From: an uncultured delta proteobacterium
GTDB taxonomy: Bacteria > Desulfobacterota > Binatia > UBA9968
Length of the DNA stretch: 64,000 nucleotides
Direction of reading: 5' to 3'
Assembly: GCA_963728565.1 (NCBI GenBank)
Contig: CAVSLC010000006.1
Location: 1 to 64,000, forward strand
The notes below the pieces were generated by a model. The model made no database searches and was not told the DNA's origin. It saw only the letters and a list, made by a program, of their open reading frames with translations. A program made the position numbers and the translations under genes. Below, in pieces: positions 28,767 to 38,801 of the stretch (positions within the stretch are counted from its first letter, which is position 1; every line of letters starts with the position of its first letter).

Positions 28767-30103
28767 GCGAAAGGATTTTGGTCGTCGATGATGAGGCGTC
28801 GAATAGGAATATTCTTGGACAGGAGCTCGTCCATCGCGGCTATACAATTGATATGGCCGGCAACGGACGGGAGGCGATCCGTAAACTCGAAGCAGCACCC
28901 GCAGATTTAGTGATTCTGGATTATATGATGCCGGGGATGAGCGGTCTCGATGTCTTAAGGGAACTCCGCGTATTAGGAAATGAAACACCCGTAATCATGA
29001 TAACTGCCTATGGTTCGGTCGAGCGGGCGGTCAATGCAATGAGAGCGGGTGCCTTTGATTTCATTACTCGACCATTCGAGCCGGACCACATCGCGCTGGT
29101 CGTGCAGAAGGCGTTGGAGCGCCACCGGCTAATAAGAGAGGTCGAAGTGCTCTCTGAAGAGTCGGTGCGGAGATACCGCTTGGTTCTCGGCGAGAGCACC
29201 AAGATGAAGCAGGTTACCGAGACCGCCAAACGAGCGGCCAATAGCAATGCCACTGTGATGTTGCTGGGGGAGAGCGGCACAGGCAAGGAAGTCTTCGCAC
29301 GCAATATTCATAAGTGGAGCGACAGAAGCGACAAGCCTTTCGCCGTCATCAACTGTGTCGGTCTCTCAAAGGAACTTTTGGAAAGCGAGCTTTTCGGGCA
29401 CGAGCAGGGGGCTTTTACCGGCGCGCATCAACGCAAGAAAGGAAAGCTAGAGCTGGCGCAGGGGGGAACTGTATTTTTTGATGAGATTGGTGACATCTCT
29501 TTGGAACTACAGGCCAAGCTCTTGCGGTTTCTTCAGGAACGCGAATTCGAGCGGGTCGGCGGCACCACGCCGATCGCGGTGGATGTTCGTATTGTAGCAG
29601 CAACCAACCGCGATCTTCAGGCGGCGCTTAAAAACGGACTGTTGCGCGAAGATCTTTATCATCGGTTGAATGTCATAGCTTTGCGGTTGCCGCCGCTTCG
29701 GGAACGAAAAGAAGATATATCGGTGCTGGCACATTATTTTCTCAAAAAGTTTTCAACTGAAACTGGAAGATCCGTGAGCGCCATTTCCGAGGAAGCTTTA
29801 GGCAGCTTGATGGCTTACCATTGGCCGGGCAATGTGCGTGAGCTTGCAAACGTAATCGAACGCGCTGTGGTGTTGGGGTTAATGCCCGCCCCAAACAGCA
29901 GCGAATTACCGGTGAGCCTGACTGCCGGTGGGTCTGCAGCTGATCAGCGTGTTTCCTATCGAGATGGTGTGAACGCGGCGCGAATGGATTTGATTCAGAG
30001 GGCGCTTACAAAGACACATGGAAACCGCGCTGCTGCGGCAAGGTTACTCCAGTTGGAGACGAAGTACTTTCTCAAGCTGATGAAATCCCTAAGTATCGAA
30101 TAA
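28763..30103 (+). CDS. sigma54-dependent NtrC/AtoC-family response regulator
   Basis: Receiver VVDD..DYMMPG; GESGTGKE; intact GAFTGA; WPGNVREL; Fis-type HTH. Confidence 0.95.
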   Translation: MSERILVVDDEASNRNILGQELVHRGYTIDMAGNGREAIRKLEAAPADLVILDYMMPGMSGLDVLRELRVLGNETPVIMITAYGSVERAVNAMRAGAFDFITRPFEPDHIALVVQKALERHRLIREVEVLSEESVRRYRLVLGESTKMKQVTETAKRAANSNATVMLLGESGTGKEVFARNIHKWSDRSDKPFAVINCVGLSKELLESELFGHEQGAFTGAHQRKKGKLELAQGGTVFFDEIGDISLELQAKLLRFLQEREFERVGGTTPIAVDVRIVAATNRDLQAALKNGLLREDLYHRLNVIALRLPPLRERKEDISVLAHYFLKKFSTETGRSVSAISEEALGSLMAYHWPGNVRELANVIERAVVLGLMPAPNSSELPVSLTAGGSAADQRVSYRDGVNAARMDLIQRALTKTHGNRAAAARLLQLETKYFLKLMKSLSIE

Positions 30104-30126
30104 CGTCTCAACGGCTACAGGATAGA

Positions 30127-30154
30127 AGCTGTATAGCGCAACAGCTATACAGCT
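30127..30154. repeat. Perfect 11-bp inverted repeat after the activator gene (terminator or binding site)
   Basis: AGCTGTATAGC-gcaaca-GCTATACAGCT; no U-tract. Confidence 0.7.
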
Positions 30155-30422
30155 CGACGACACACCTTCCTTCTCCAGAGTTCAGCGTGGGCGCCGGGTT
30201 GCGAGAGATCGCATCCTTGATCTGAATGTGCATGCCGTTCTCCTGCGGAAACAGTCGAGAGGAACTGACACCGCGAAGGGCACGAAGTCACGCAGTCATA
30301 TTTACGGCAACCATACTCCCGGGAGCAGTCTCCGGAGCCAGCGGAGCGGAAATGTCACGGGCCGTTTGAAAAACTTCTTGCGAGCTATCGAGAGTTTGTT
30401 GAAATCGCGAGAATACGCTAAA

Positions 30423-30438
30423 GTAGTGATGTCACTAC
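30423..30438. promoter_or_regulatory. Palindromic operator of vapBC
   Basis: GTAGTGA-TG-TCACTAC just upstream of the GGAGG RBS. Confidence 0.65.
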
Positions 30439-30451
30439 ATGGAGGGAGCGT

Positions 30452-30730
30452 ATGCGTTTAGGTCTGCGCGAGGCGAATCAGAAATTTTCCAAGGCGATCC
30501 AAGCGGTAAAGCAGGGAAAGGAAATTGTCTTGACCGAACGGGGCAAGGCGATCGCTGTCATTAAACCGATTGGGGCTGGCAAGAACGAATCCGCCGTTAT
30601 CCGTCGTCTTGAAGCAGAGGGAGTTTTACGGCCGGCAGAAAAAAGGGGACCGATGCCGGACATGAAACCTGTTCGCATCAAGGGCAAAATGCTGTCCGCG
30701 ACCGTTAGAGAAGACCGGGACGAGAACTGA
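30452..30730 (+). CDS. vapB: Phd/YefM-family antitoxin
   Basis: LREANQKFSK.I..VKQGKEIVLTERGKAIA. Confidence 0.88.
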   Translation: MRLGLREANQKFSKAIQAVKQGKEIVLTERGKAIAVIKPIGAGKNESAVIRRLEAEGVLRPAEKRGPMPDMKPVRIKGKMLSATVREDRDEN

Positions 30731-31170
30731 TGGCGCTCGGATGGGCGTATTTCGATACCAGTGCTTTGGTTAAGCGCTATATCCGCGAGCCCGGATCGGA
30801 ACAGGTGAGGGCGCTGTTGCGCCGGCATCAGTTTTTATCGTCGGTGGTGACGCCTGTGGAGATACTATCTGCGCTGTGCAGGCGCAGGCGAGAAGGCGAT
30901 ATCTCGGCGAATGCCCTCGCGGCGTTATTGCGCAGGATGAGCAGCGATCGGGCTCGTTGGGAAATGGTGCAAGTCAATATCTCTGTGCTGGAGCGCGCTG
31001 AAGAATTGCTGCAAGGCACGACCGCCTTGAGAACATTGGACGCGATTCAGGTGGCTTCATTGATCACGTTTCAAGCGGCGTCGGCCATCCGGGTTCCGCT
31101 GATTACGGCCGATTTACGCCAGCGCGAGTGTGCGAGACAAGCCGGAATTGATACCATCGCGATCGGATGA
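30730..31170 (+). CDS. vapC: VapC PIN-domain toxin
   Basis: YFDTSALVKRY, LRTLDAIQVAS, ITADLRQ; TGATG overlap with the antitoxin. Confidence 0.92.
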   Translation: MALGWAYFDTSALVKRYIREPGSEQVRALLRRHQFLSSVVTPVEILSALCRRRREGDISANALAALLRRMSSDRARWEMVQVNISVLERAEELLQGTTALRTLDAIQVASLITFQAASAIRVPLITADLRQRECARQAGIDTIAIG

Positions 31171-31563
31171 ATCTCTTTTGGGTCCCCATGGAGTGCTTAA
31201 ATCTTTGGCTTCAGACGAAGCGAAAGTTGGTCTTGATGACGAAGACCGGCCAGGATCATCCGTCGCGCTCCAGAAGACTCCTAAATTTCGTGCCTTTGAG
31301 AAATTATGATTCTCCGGCGCCCAACTAGCGCGTGAGGCAAGAGTGTTACTTCTGCTGAAGACCGGAACTTATACGAGCACGCTTTTCTCGATCGTTTCGC
31401 TACAAGCAATCGAGACTACGATTATCAGCTTGGCGACAAAACCTTCCTTTTCTAGTCCATTACGATCGAGCATCGACGATGTCGACTTTCACCGCGGCGC
31501 CGGGTTTGCGCGAGATCGCATGATTCATCTGTTCAGCCCCTATCATGCTATTCAGCAGCCTGC

Positions 31564-32529
31564 CTAGACCTTAAAGCCGTGCTCGCGATACCACTTCTCG
31601 GCACCGGGATGAAGCGGGACGTCGCGCGGGGTGGCGTCGGTATTTTCGCCGAGCTGACCGATCCCCGTGTAGGACTCCTCCCAATAGATCTCGTCCTTCC
31701 GAGCCGAGAGCGCCTCGCAGACTTTATAGGCATCGTCATCCGGCAATGAGGCGCGGGTATAAAGCGGCCAACCGCTGTAGTCGATGCAGGTGTAATTCTC
31801 TTTAAGATTTTTAAAACGCCCGGGCCGAATCGTGTACTTGCGCCAGCCGAGGTCGAGCAAATATTTAAAGGCGAAATCTTCCAAGGTGATCGGCCGCAGA
31901 CCGGCGGCGAGCGCTTCGTCAAACCAAAGCGGCAGTCCCTCGTCGAAAACCGCATCGACCGTTCCGGCGCTCAAGGCGTCCAGCCGCCGCTGATCTCCGG
32001 GGCCGCCGTTAAGTTGAAAACTGCCGCCCCAGGATTCGATATCTTTCAAAGTCATGCCATATGCCGCCAGACTCTGATCGACGAGCACGCGTGTGGAATG
32101 CGTTGCGTCTTCCCGGATCGAAAGCCGGAGGGGAAACTTTTTCTCTTTGATCTCGGCCAACGACTTCAAGCCGGTTCTTGGATGAACGAGATAGACGAAA
32201 TGATCGAGCGAAGGATAAACCGCGATGATCCTGATGGGCAGCGGCGTTGGAAATAAACCTGTTCCACGATACGCCTGAGTAAGCAGCCCGGAAGGATTGA
32301 TCATCGCCATTTCCAACTCGTTGCGGCAGACCGCGTGCGCCAGAATCGGCGAGCCGGTCGCCATGCGCAGCCATGGGCGAAAGTTTTCGTTGGATCCGCT
32401 GCCGACGGTAATGCACATGTCGCGCGGGCCGTAATAGGGTGTGTTCGGATCACCGGCGATATGCAAGCCGATCTCCCAAAGCATCTTGGCTCGCTGAAAA
32501 TTTGCGCCGCGGGGAAGGGGTTCCATCAA
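31564..32529 (-). CDS. TAXI-like solute-binding-fold protein (no signal peptide)
   Basis: C-terminal DVPLHPGAEKWYREHG; GLKSLAEIK. Confidence 0.7.
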   Translation of the reverse strand: MMEPLPRGANFQRAKMLWEIGLHIAGDPNTPYYGPRDMCITVGSGSNENFRPWLRMATGSPILAHAVCRNELEMAMINPSGLLTQAYRGTGLFPTPLPIRIIAVYPSLDHFVYLVHPRTGLKSLAEIKEKKFPLRLSIREDATHSTRVLVDQSLAAYGMTLKDIESWGGSFQLNGGPGDQRRLDALSAGTVDAVFDEGLPLWFDEALAAGLRPITLEDFAFKYLLDLGWRKYTIRPGRFKNLKENYTCIDYSGWPLYTRASLPDDDAYKVCEALSARKDEIYWEESYTGIGQLGENTDATPRDVPLHPGAEKWYREHGFKV

Positions 32530-32641
32530 TACCTCCAGAAAAGTAATCGTACCGGCGCTACCTTATTGATTTCGGCTCGTCGGTGTCAACAGCGCGGAGC
32601 ATCCTGAGAGCCACAACGCAATCATGAGGAAGGAAATGAAA

Positions 32642-32751
32642 ACCACGAAGGACACGAAGAGCACGAAGTTATAAATGCGATCGGAAACCCAAAGTTAAGC
32701 TTCGCTATTTCAATATGTCATCACCTTCGTGTACTTCGTGCGCTTCATGGT
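32642..32751. repeat. Periodic palindromic element, family A (9-bp CACGAAG units)
   Basis: ACCACGAAGGACACGAAGAGCACGAAG...CTTCGTGTACTTCGTGCGCTTCATGGT. Confidence 0.85.
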
Positions 32752-32778
32752 AAGCTATCTGGATAGAGCGCAGCTAAA

Positions 32779-33204
32779 ATGAGTTTCGATGCACAAGCGA
32801 TGTTCGCCGATCTGGCCGAGAAGGAAAGAATCAAGGGGCACCATTCGGCCGAAGGACGCGCGATTCGGACGTTGAGTCGAGCCTTGAATGGCTATTCATC
32901 CGGGAATCTCTCCGGCCGCGACGTCGTCGTGTTGTGTGATCAGGCGATTGAAGATTGGCTCAAGGCCAGGTGTAAAGTCTCGCCATGGTCGGTGCGCGGC
33001 TTGCCCGAATTACTCGCCAGGGCGGTGCAGGCGCGCTGGATTAGCCGCTTGGAAGCCGTGCGTCTGCAAAAGCTACGCAATGCGCGGCAGTCAATTGATC
33101 ATCAGGGCGCGGATGTGCCGGCGCTGGAAGTGGAGTCCACAGTGAAGTTTTGCATAGAGATCGATCGAGAGACATTGGTGAAGCGAATAGGGTCGTGTTC
33201 ATGA
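32779..33204 (+). CDS. HEPN-like protein
   Basis: CDQAIEDWLKA helix and R-x4-H (RQSIDH); last residues possibly frameshifted. Confidence 0.55.
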   Translation: MSFDAQAMFADLAEKERIKGHHSAEGRAIRTLSRALNGYSSGNLSGRDVVVLCDQAIEDWLKARCKVSPWSVRGLPELLARAVQARWISRLEAVRLQKLRNARQSIDHQGADVPALEVESTVKFCIEIDRETLVKRIGSCS

Positions 33205-33229
33205 GCAATCAAGTTGAAAAGACTATTGA

Positions 33230-33304
33230 ACCACGAAGGGCATGAAGCGCACGAAGTAAAAAGATAAATGTTTGAATTCTCGTGGTCTTCGTGCGCTTGG
33301 TGGT
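33230..33304. repeat. Periodic palindromic element, family A
   Basis: ACCACGAAGGGCATGAAGCGCACGAAG...CTCGTGGTCTTCGTGCGCTTGGTGGT. Confidence 0.8.
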
Positions 33305-33421
33305 GGTAAGTTGGTTATCGCAAGGGAACGCCGTAACGCCGCAAGCGCTCGACAAGCTGCCTTAGCAAAAAAATCTCGCCATAATTGCTTTTCCAGCGAT
33401 CTCACACCGTCGACTTAGAAC

Positions 33422-34864
33422 ATGGATTCACGTATCAACTGGTTACTGCTGATCAACGCGGCGCTCGGCAACTTTATGGCCGGCACCGCAAGCCGGATTT
33501 TCACCGTTTCGTTACCCACCGTGGCCAATAGTCTTGAAACGAGCATTATCGCGATCTCCTGGGCTGTCATTGCTTACCAAATCTCGCAGATTAGTTTGTC
33601 GCTGGTTTTTGGCCGGGTTGGCGATGTCTACGGCCGGCACACTCTTTTTGGCGCTGGCCTGGTGATTTCGTCGTTGGCAGCGTTGCTGTGCGGCTTGTCC
33701 CAGAACGTGACCCAGTTGATTGTATTTCGGCTCTTTCAAGGTGTCGGCGCCTCCATGACCCAATCCCAGGGGCGGGCATTAGCCATGGAATCCGTGCCCA
33801 AGGAATCATCGGGCAGAGCGCAGGGGTATATGACGACGGCCTTTCACTCAGGCGTGCTCATCGGTCCCAGTGTCGGCGGCCTGATCATCGACTATATTCA
33901 CTGGCGCGCGGTGTTCTTCTTTCTGATGCCCATCGGGCTTTGTGGCATTCTATTGACGCTCTTCAATCGCATGAAAGGAAACATCTCGGCGCGCCCGACG
34001 ACTGCTTCATCCCAGCGCGCGATTGATTATCTTGGCGCGCTCCTTCTGATCGCGGCCACTGTGGCGCTGATCGCGAGCATCGATCATCGGATTATGGAAG
34101 CTGCCGGCGCGGCGATGCGGTTTGTAATTGTCGGCGGCTTTGTCTTGCTTTTCGGCGGCTTTCTTTATCGCGAGATAACCTGCGCCAGTCCGATTCTCGA
34201 TCTATCCCTGTTTCGTATCCGGATGTTTTCTTTGAGTAGTTTAACTTTGCTGCTGGTCGGCGTTGCCCAAGTGATGATCGGGTTCATGTTGCCTTTCTAC
34301 CTGCAAGACATTCTGCGCCTAGCGCCGTCCTTTATCGGCCTATTGTTCATCAGCGCGCCGATTTTTACCGTGACGCTGTCGCCATTTGTCGGTTGGGCGG
34401 TGGACAAGGTGGGGCCGCGCTTGCCGGCGACCATCGGCATCGCTTTTCTGGTCTGTGCCGCGTTCCTGGGCTCCTTCTTGCGAACTGATTCGCACTGGGC
34501 CTGGGCGGTTGCCGTGCTCGCCCTGTGGGGATTGGCCACGGCGCTATTTTTCACATCGAATCACACCGCGATGATCACGTCGGTGCCGGCAGAACATCGA
34601 GGCGTTGCCACCGGCGCGATCTATGTCATGTTCGGTCTGGGATCGACATTCGGTGTCTCGTTGGGCACCTTGCTGCTTACCGCGGCGTTTCGTTACTACA
34701 GCGGTGATCCGACGGCGACACCGGCGCCGGCAAACGCCACGGCGTTTGTGCAGGCGATGAATTTCAGTTTTTTCACCGGCGGTATCATGGCTCTATTAGC
34801 AATGGCTTGTTCCGCAATGAGGGGCAAGGCTGCGGCGGCGGCGACAGTAGTACGGAACAGATGA
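33422..34864 (+). CDS. MFS transporter, DHA2 (EmrB/QacA-like)
   Basis: FGRVGDVYGR, FRLFQGVG, GPSVGGLI, PILDLSLFR; about 14 TM. Confidence 0.9.
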   Translation: MDSRINWLLLINAALGNFMAGTASRIFTVSLPTVANSLETSIIAISWAVIAYQISQISLSLVFGRVGDVYGRHTLFGAGLVISSLAALLCGLSQNVTQLIVFRLFQGVGASMTQSQGRALAMESVPKESSGRAQGYMTTAFHSGVLIGPSVGGLIIDYIHWRAVFFFLMPIGLCGILLTLFNRMKGNISARPTTASSQRAIDYLGALLLIAATVALIASIDHRIMEAAGAAMRFVIVGGFVLLFGGFLYREITCASPILDLSLFRIRMFSLSSLTLLLVGVAQVMIGFMLPFYLQDILRLAPSFIGLLFISAPIFTVTLSPFVGWAVDKVGPRLPATIGIAFLVCAAFLGSFLRTDSHWAWAVAVLALWGLATALFFTSNHTAMITSVPAEHRGVATGAIYVMFGLGSTFGVSLGTLLLTAAFRYYSGDPTATPAPANATAFVQAMNFSFFTGGIMALLAMACSAMRGKAAAAATVVRNR

Positions 34865-34897
34865 AAACTGCAAGCAAAAGCTGAGACAACTCAGGCG

Positions 34898-36146
34898 ATG
34901 CTATCTTTATCGGTACTGTTGAACAAATACGGCCTGATAGCGCTGGCGTTTTTGCACATCGCAGTCAGCCGCGGTCTTCACGGTACTTTCGGTGTTTTCT
35001 TCGTCGCTATGGTAACGGCGTTCGGCTGGTCGCGAGCCATGACAGCGGGTGCAATCTCGCTGGCAATTATCTTCGAGGGCGCCTGTTTGCCGCTCGCCGG
35101 TGCTTTAACGGACCGCATCGGCGGGCGCAAGACTCTGATGCTCGGTGGTTTGGTGCTGGCCGTCGGATTAGGGTTTGCTTCGACAATTTCTTCGATCTGG
35201 CATTTCTATTTTTGGGTTGGGATTATCTCGGCATTCGGCATCGCCTTGATCGGCATGGTGCCTCACGTTGCCATTTTGTCGCGGGAGTTTCCGCAGCGCC
35301 GCGGCACTGCGCTGGGGATCGCCTGGGCCGGTGGTGGTGTCGGCATCGTATTGTTAGTCCCGTTCGCGCAATTGCTTATCGACAAATGGGGCTGGTCCTA
35401 TGCCTACATCGGGGTAGCGATGATCACGGCGCTGCTGGTGATTCCGCCGGTGCCGCTGTTTCTGCCGCGCGTCCTCACGATCAGCTCAGAACCGACGAAA
35501 AGCGCGACAACGAAATCGGCAGCAGAGCATACCGAAACGGATTGGACGGTCAGGCGCGCTTTGACGAATCCGGCATTTTGGCTGCTGTTTATCGCCAGAA
35601 CACTGGCGAGCATGGGTAATCAAGTCATTGTGACGCACCAAGTCGCCCATGCGGTCGACGTCGGTTACAGCACGGTCTTTGCCGCGTCGATCTTCGGTTT
35701 GATGGGAGTGATCAGCATCGGCGGCAGAATTCTCTTCGGTTACCTCGCCGATATTATGAACAGGCAAATGGTGTTTACCTGGGTTCAGGTGATATCCGCT
35801 CTCGGAATTTTCGCTCTGCTGATGTTGCATGATACGACGAGCGCCGTGGTTGCTCTACACCTATGCGGTTTGCTACGGACTCGGCCAGGGTTCGCGCGCA
35901 TTGGTGCTTTCGGCTATCTCGGCGGATATTTTTCACGGCAAGCACTTCGGCGCGATCTTCGGATACTTCACCTTCAGTATCGGGCTGGGGGGCGCGATCG
36001 GCGCATGGCTCGGCGGGTTTCTTTTCGATCTCAATCATAACTATACGATTGCGTTCTGGGTTTCCCTTGCGTGTTTGATTATTTCTGTTTTTATCGTTCT
36101 GGCGAGCGCTAAAGTCGTCAAAGCTCAGAAAGGAAGTTACCCATGA
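34898..36146 (+). CDS. MFS transporter (OFA/MCT-like), frameshift near 35840
   Basis: FGWSR, AGALTDRIG; C-terminal helices lie in ORF 35829-36146. Confidence 0.87.
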
Positions 36147-36760
36147 TTCAACTCTATACATGGGCCACGCCCAACGGAAAAAAAGTTTCGGTCATGCTCG
36201 AAGAGGTGGAGCTTCCCTATGAAGTCCATCCCATCAACATCGCCAAGGGCGATCAACTCAAACCCGAGTATCTGGCGATCAATCCCAACAATAAAATCCC
36301 CGCGATCATCGATAACGATGGACCCGGCGGCAAGCCGTTGAAACTGTTCGAGTCCGGGGCAATTCTAATGTACCTGGCGGAGAAAACAGGAAAGTTTTTG
36401 CCCCAGGAGATGGCCAAGCGCTACGAAGTGATTCAGTGGCTGATGTTTCAAATGGGCGGAGTGGGGCCGATGTTCGGCCAGGCCAATTATTTCTACCGGC
36501 TCGAAGAAAAGGTTCCCTTCGCCATCGAGCGGTACTATAAAGAGGCGATTCGCCTGTACAAAGTACTGGAGCAGACCTTGGGGCAAAGAGCTTATCTGGC
36601 GGGCGATTATTCAATCGCCGACATTGCCACCTATCCTTGGGTCGGTCGTCACGACGGCCATAACGTCAAGCTCGAAGAGTTCCCCAACGTTAAACGCTGG
36701 TTCGAAACGATTTCGCAACGGCCGGCGGTAGAGCGCGGGATGGCGGTTCCAAAAACGTAA
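36143..36760 (+). CDS. Glutathione S-transferase, YfcG/nu-class
   Basis: TPNG, INPNNKIPAI, FESGAIL, QMGGVGPMFGQ. Confidence 0.92.
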   Translation: MIQLYTWATPNGKKVSVMLEEVELPYEVHPINIAKGDQLKPEYLAINPNNKIPAIIDNDGPGGKPLKLFESGAILMYLAEKTGKFLPQEMAKRYEVIQWLMFQMGGVGPMFGQANYFYRLEEKVPFAIERYYKEAIRLYKVLEQTLGQRAYLAGDYSIADIATYPWVGRHDGHNVKLEEFPNVKRWFETISQRPAVERGMAVPKT

Positions 36761-36868
36761 AGCCGTGTCCAGCCGATCGTGGTCGTCGAACGTGTCGTGC
36801 CGGCAGTTCGAACGCGATCAGGGTGAGGCTGGTTGGGCTGGCGCCGCTAAGCATGAAAGGACAAGATT

Positions 36869-38647
36869 ATGAGCAAAGCACGAAAGATCGAGAAGCCTCG
36901 CGCGGAGTGGGGTTCGGACGTGGTCGTCGATCTGTTGAAGGCATTCGAGTTCGAATACATCGCGATCAACCCGGGAGCGACCTTCCGCGGCCTGCATGAT
37001 TCGCTGGTCAATTACGGCGGTAACCATGCACCCGAGATCATTCTCTGCACCCATGAGGAAATCGCCGTCGCTCTGGCGCATGGCTATGCCCGGGCCAAGG
37101 GCCGCCCGATGGCCGCGGCGGTGCACAACGTCGTCGGCCTGCAGCATGCCTCGATGGCGATCTACAATGCATGGGCGGACCGGCTGCCGGTGATTGTGCT
37201 GGGCGGCACCGGTCCGATGGACACAGCCAATCGCCGGCCGTGGATCGACTGGGTGCATACCGCGCTGGTGCAAGGAAACCTCGTCCGCGACTTCGTCAAA
37301 TGGGACGATCAGCCGGCCAGTGTTGAAGCGGTTCCCGATTCTTTTATTCGGGCTTATCGATTGGCGACGACCGAGCCGCAGGCGCCCGTTTACATCTGCT
37401 ATGACGGTGATGTTCAAGAGAAGCAACTCGAAGGCGAAGTGACCTTTCCGTCCCTGGATCGTTATCCCGCTCCTCTGCCGCTGCAAGCGCCGGAAGAAGG
37501 TTTTGACAAGACGATTCGCTGGCTGCTCGAGGCCAAGAAGCCGGTCATTATCGCCGACTGGGTCGGCAGGAAAGAAGCCGGCTTTCAAGCGCTCGGTGAA
37601 TTGGCTGAGATTCTCGGCGCGCCTGTGCTCGATCAATTTGGGCGATTCAATTTTCCCGTGCAGCATCCGCTCAATTTAACCGGGCAGAGCGACAAGGTGA
37701 TTCCGCAGGCCGATCTGATTCTCGCGTTGGATGTTCCCGACCTTGAAGGCGCGACCACGCGCAGAGCGCAGGAAAAGGGCAACCGGCGCCCGATGCCGTT
37801 GATGCAGGTCGGCGCCAAAATCATCAACGTCGGCCTCGACGACTTGCTCGTGCGCGCCTGGGCAACGGATTTCAACAAGCTGCGGGAAGCCGACCTGATG
37901 ATCACGGCGGATACCTCGGTGTTCTTGCCGGAGCTGCTGCGGCGCTTGAAGTCGGAGAAGAAATTGAGCGATCTGAAAGACGATATCGGCCGGCGTCGGG
38001 CCGATTGGGGCAAGATCTACGAAGACAAAAAAGCCGGCTTGGAAAAAGAACTGAAAACGAAATGGGACGAGAAGCCGATTTCGATGACGCGAATTTACGC
38101 CGAGATGGTCGAGGCGCTCAAAGGCGAGGACTGGGTATTGACCAACGGCAGTTCGCAAGGAAAAGAAAATCTGTACCTGGCCGCGGCCAAGTTCAATCAG
38201 ATTCTGGGCAAATACAAAGGCGGCGGATTGGGCTACGGCTTGCCCGCATCATTGGGCGCTGCGCTCGCGCTCAAGGGGTCGGGAAAATTTTGCGTCAACA
38301 TCCAGCCCGACGGCGATCTGCTCTTCACCGTCAGCGGATTATGGACCGCGGTGCATCATCAGATCCCGCTCCTGAGCATCGTCTGCAGCAATCGCTCTTA
38401 TTTCAATGACGAGGAACACCAGGAGCGCGTTGCCTTACAACGCAACCGGCCGGTGGAAAACAAAACCATCGGCATCCGCATAGAAGATCCCAATGTCGAT
38501 TTCGGCGCCATGGCGCGCACCTATGGCTGCTGGGGTGCCGGTCCGATCACCGAGCCCAAAGATCTCATCAAGACATTGCGCGAAGCCGTCAAGGTGGTGA
38601 AGGAAGGCAAGCCCGCGCTGGTCGATGTGGTATGCCAGATGCGCTGA
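36869..38647 (+). CDS. Thiamine pyrophosphate-dependent enzyme (acetolactate synthase/benzoylformate decarboxylase-like)
   Basis: NPGATFRGLHDS, HEE, GGLGYG, PDGD...SNRSY. Confidence 0.9.
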   Translation: MSKARKIEKPRAEWGSDVVVDLLKAFEFEYIAINPGATFRGLHDSLVNYGGNHAPEIILCTHEEIAVALAHGYARAKGRPMAAAVHNVVGLQHASMAIYNAWADRLPVIVLGGTGPMDTANRRPWIDWVHTALVQGNLVRDFVKWDDQPASVEAVPDSFIRAYRLATTEPQAPVYICYDGDVQEKQLEGEVTFPSLDRYPAPLPLQAPEEGFDKTIRWLLEAKKPVIIADWVGRKEAGFQALGELAEILGAPVLDQFGRFNFPVQHPLNLTGQSDKVIPQADLILALDVPDLEGATTRRAQEKGNRRPMPLMQVGAKIINVGLDDLLVRAWATDFNKLREADLMITADTSVFLPELLRRLKSEKKLSDLKDDIGRRRADWGKIYEDKKAGLEKELKTKWDEKPISMTRIYAEMVEALKGEDWVLTNGSSQGKENLYLAAAKFNQILGKYKGGGLGYGLPASLGAALALKGSGKFCVNIQPDGDLLFTVSGLWTAVHHQIPLLSIVCSNRSYFNDEEHQERVALQRNRPVENKTIGIRIEDPNVDFGAMARTYGCWGAGPITEPKDLIKTLREAVKVVKEGKPALVDVVCQMR

Positions 38648-38801
38648 GTTGCTAGCGCACAAAAGTTCGCGAACCTCATCAATTTGTTTAACCGGCGTTC
38701 TTTAAGTATTCGCCTGCTGCATGCCTGATCGAAATGATCCAGAGGAGAGAGCAGTAAGTTCGCGGCACAGCATCAGCCAAATGCCTAGAACAAGCTTGGC
38801 G

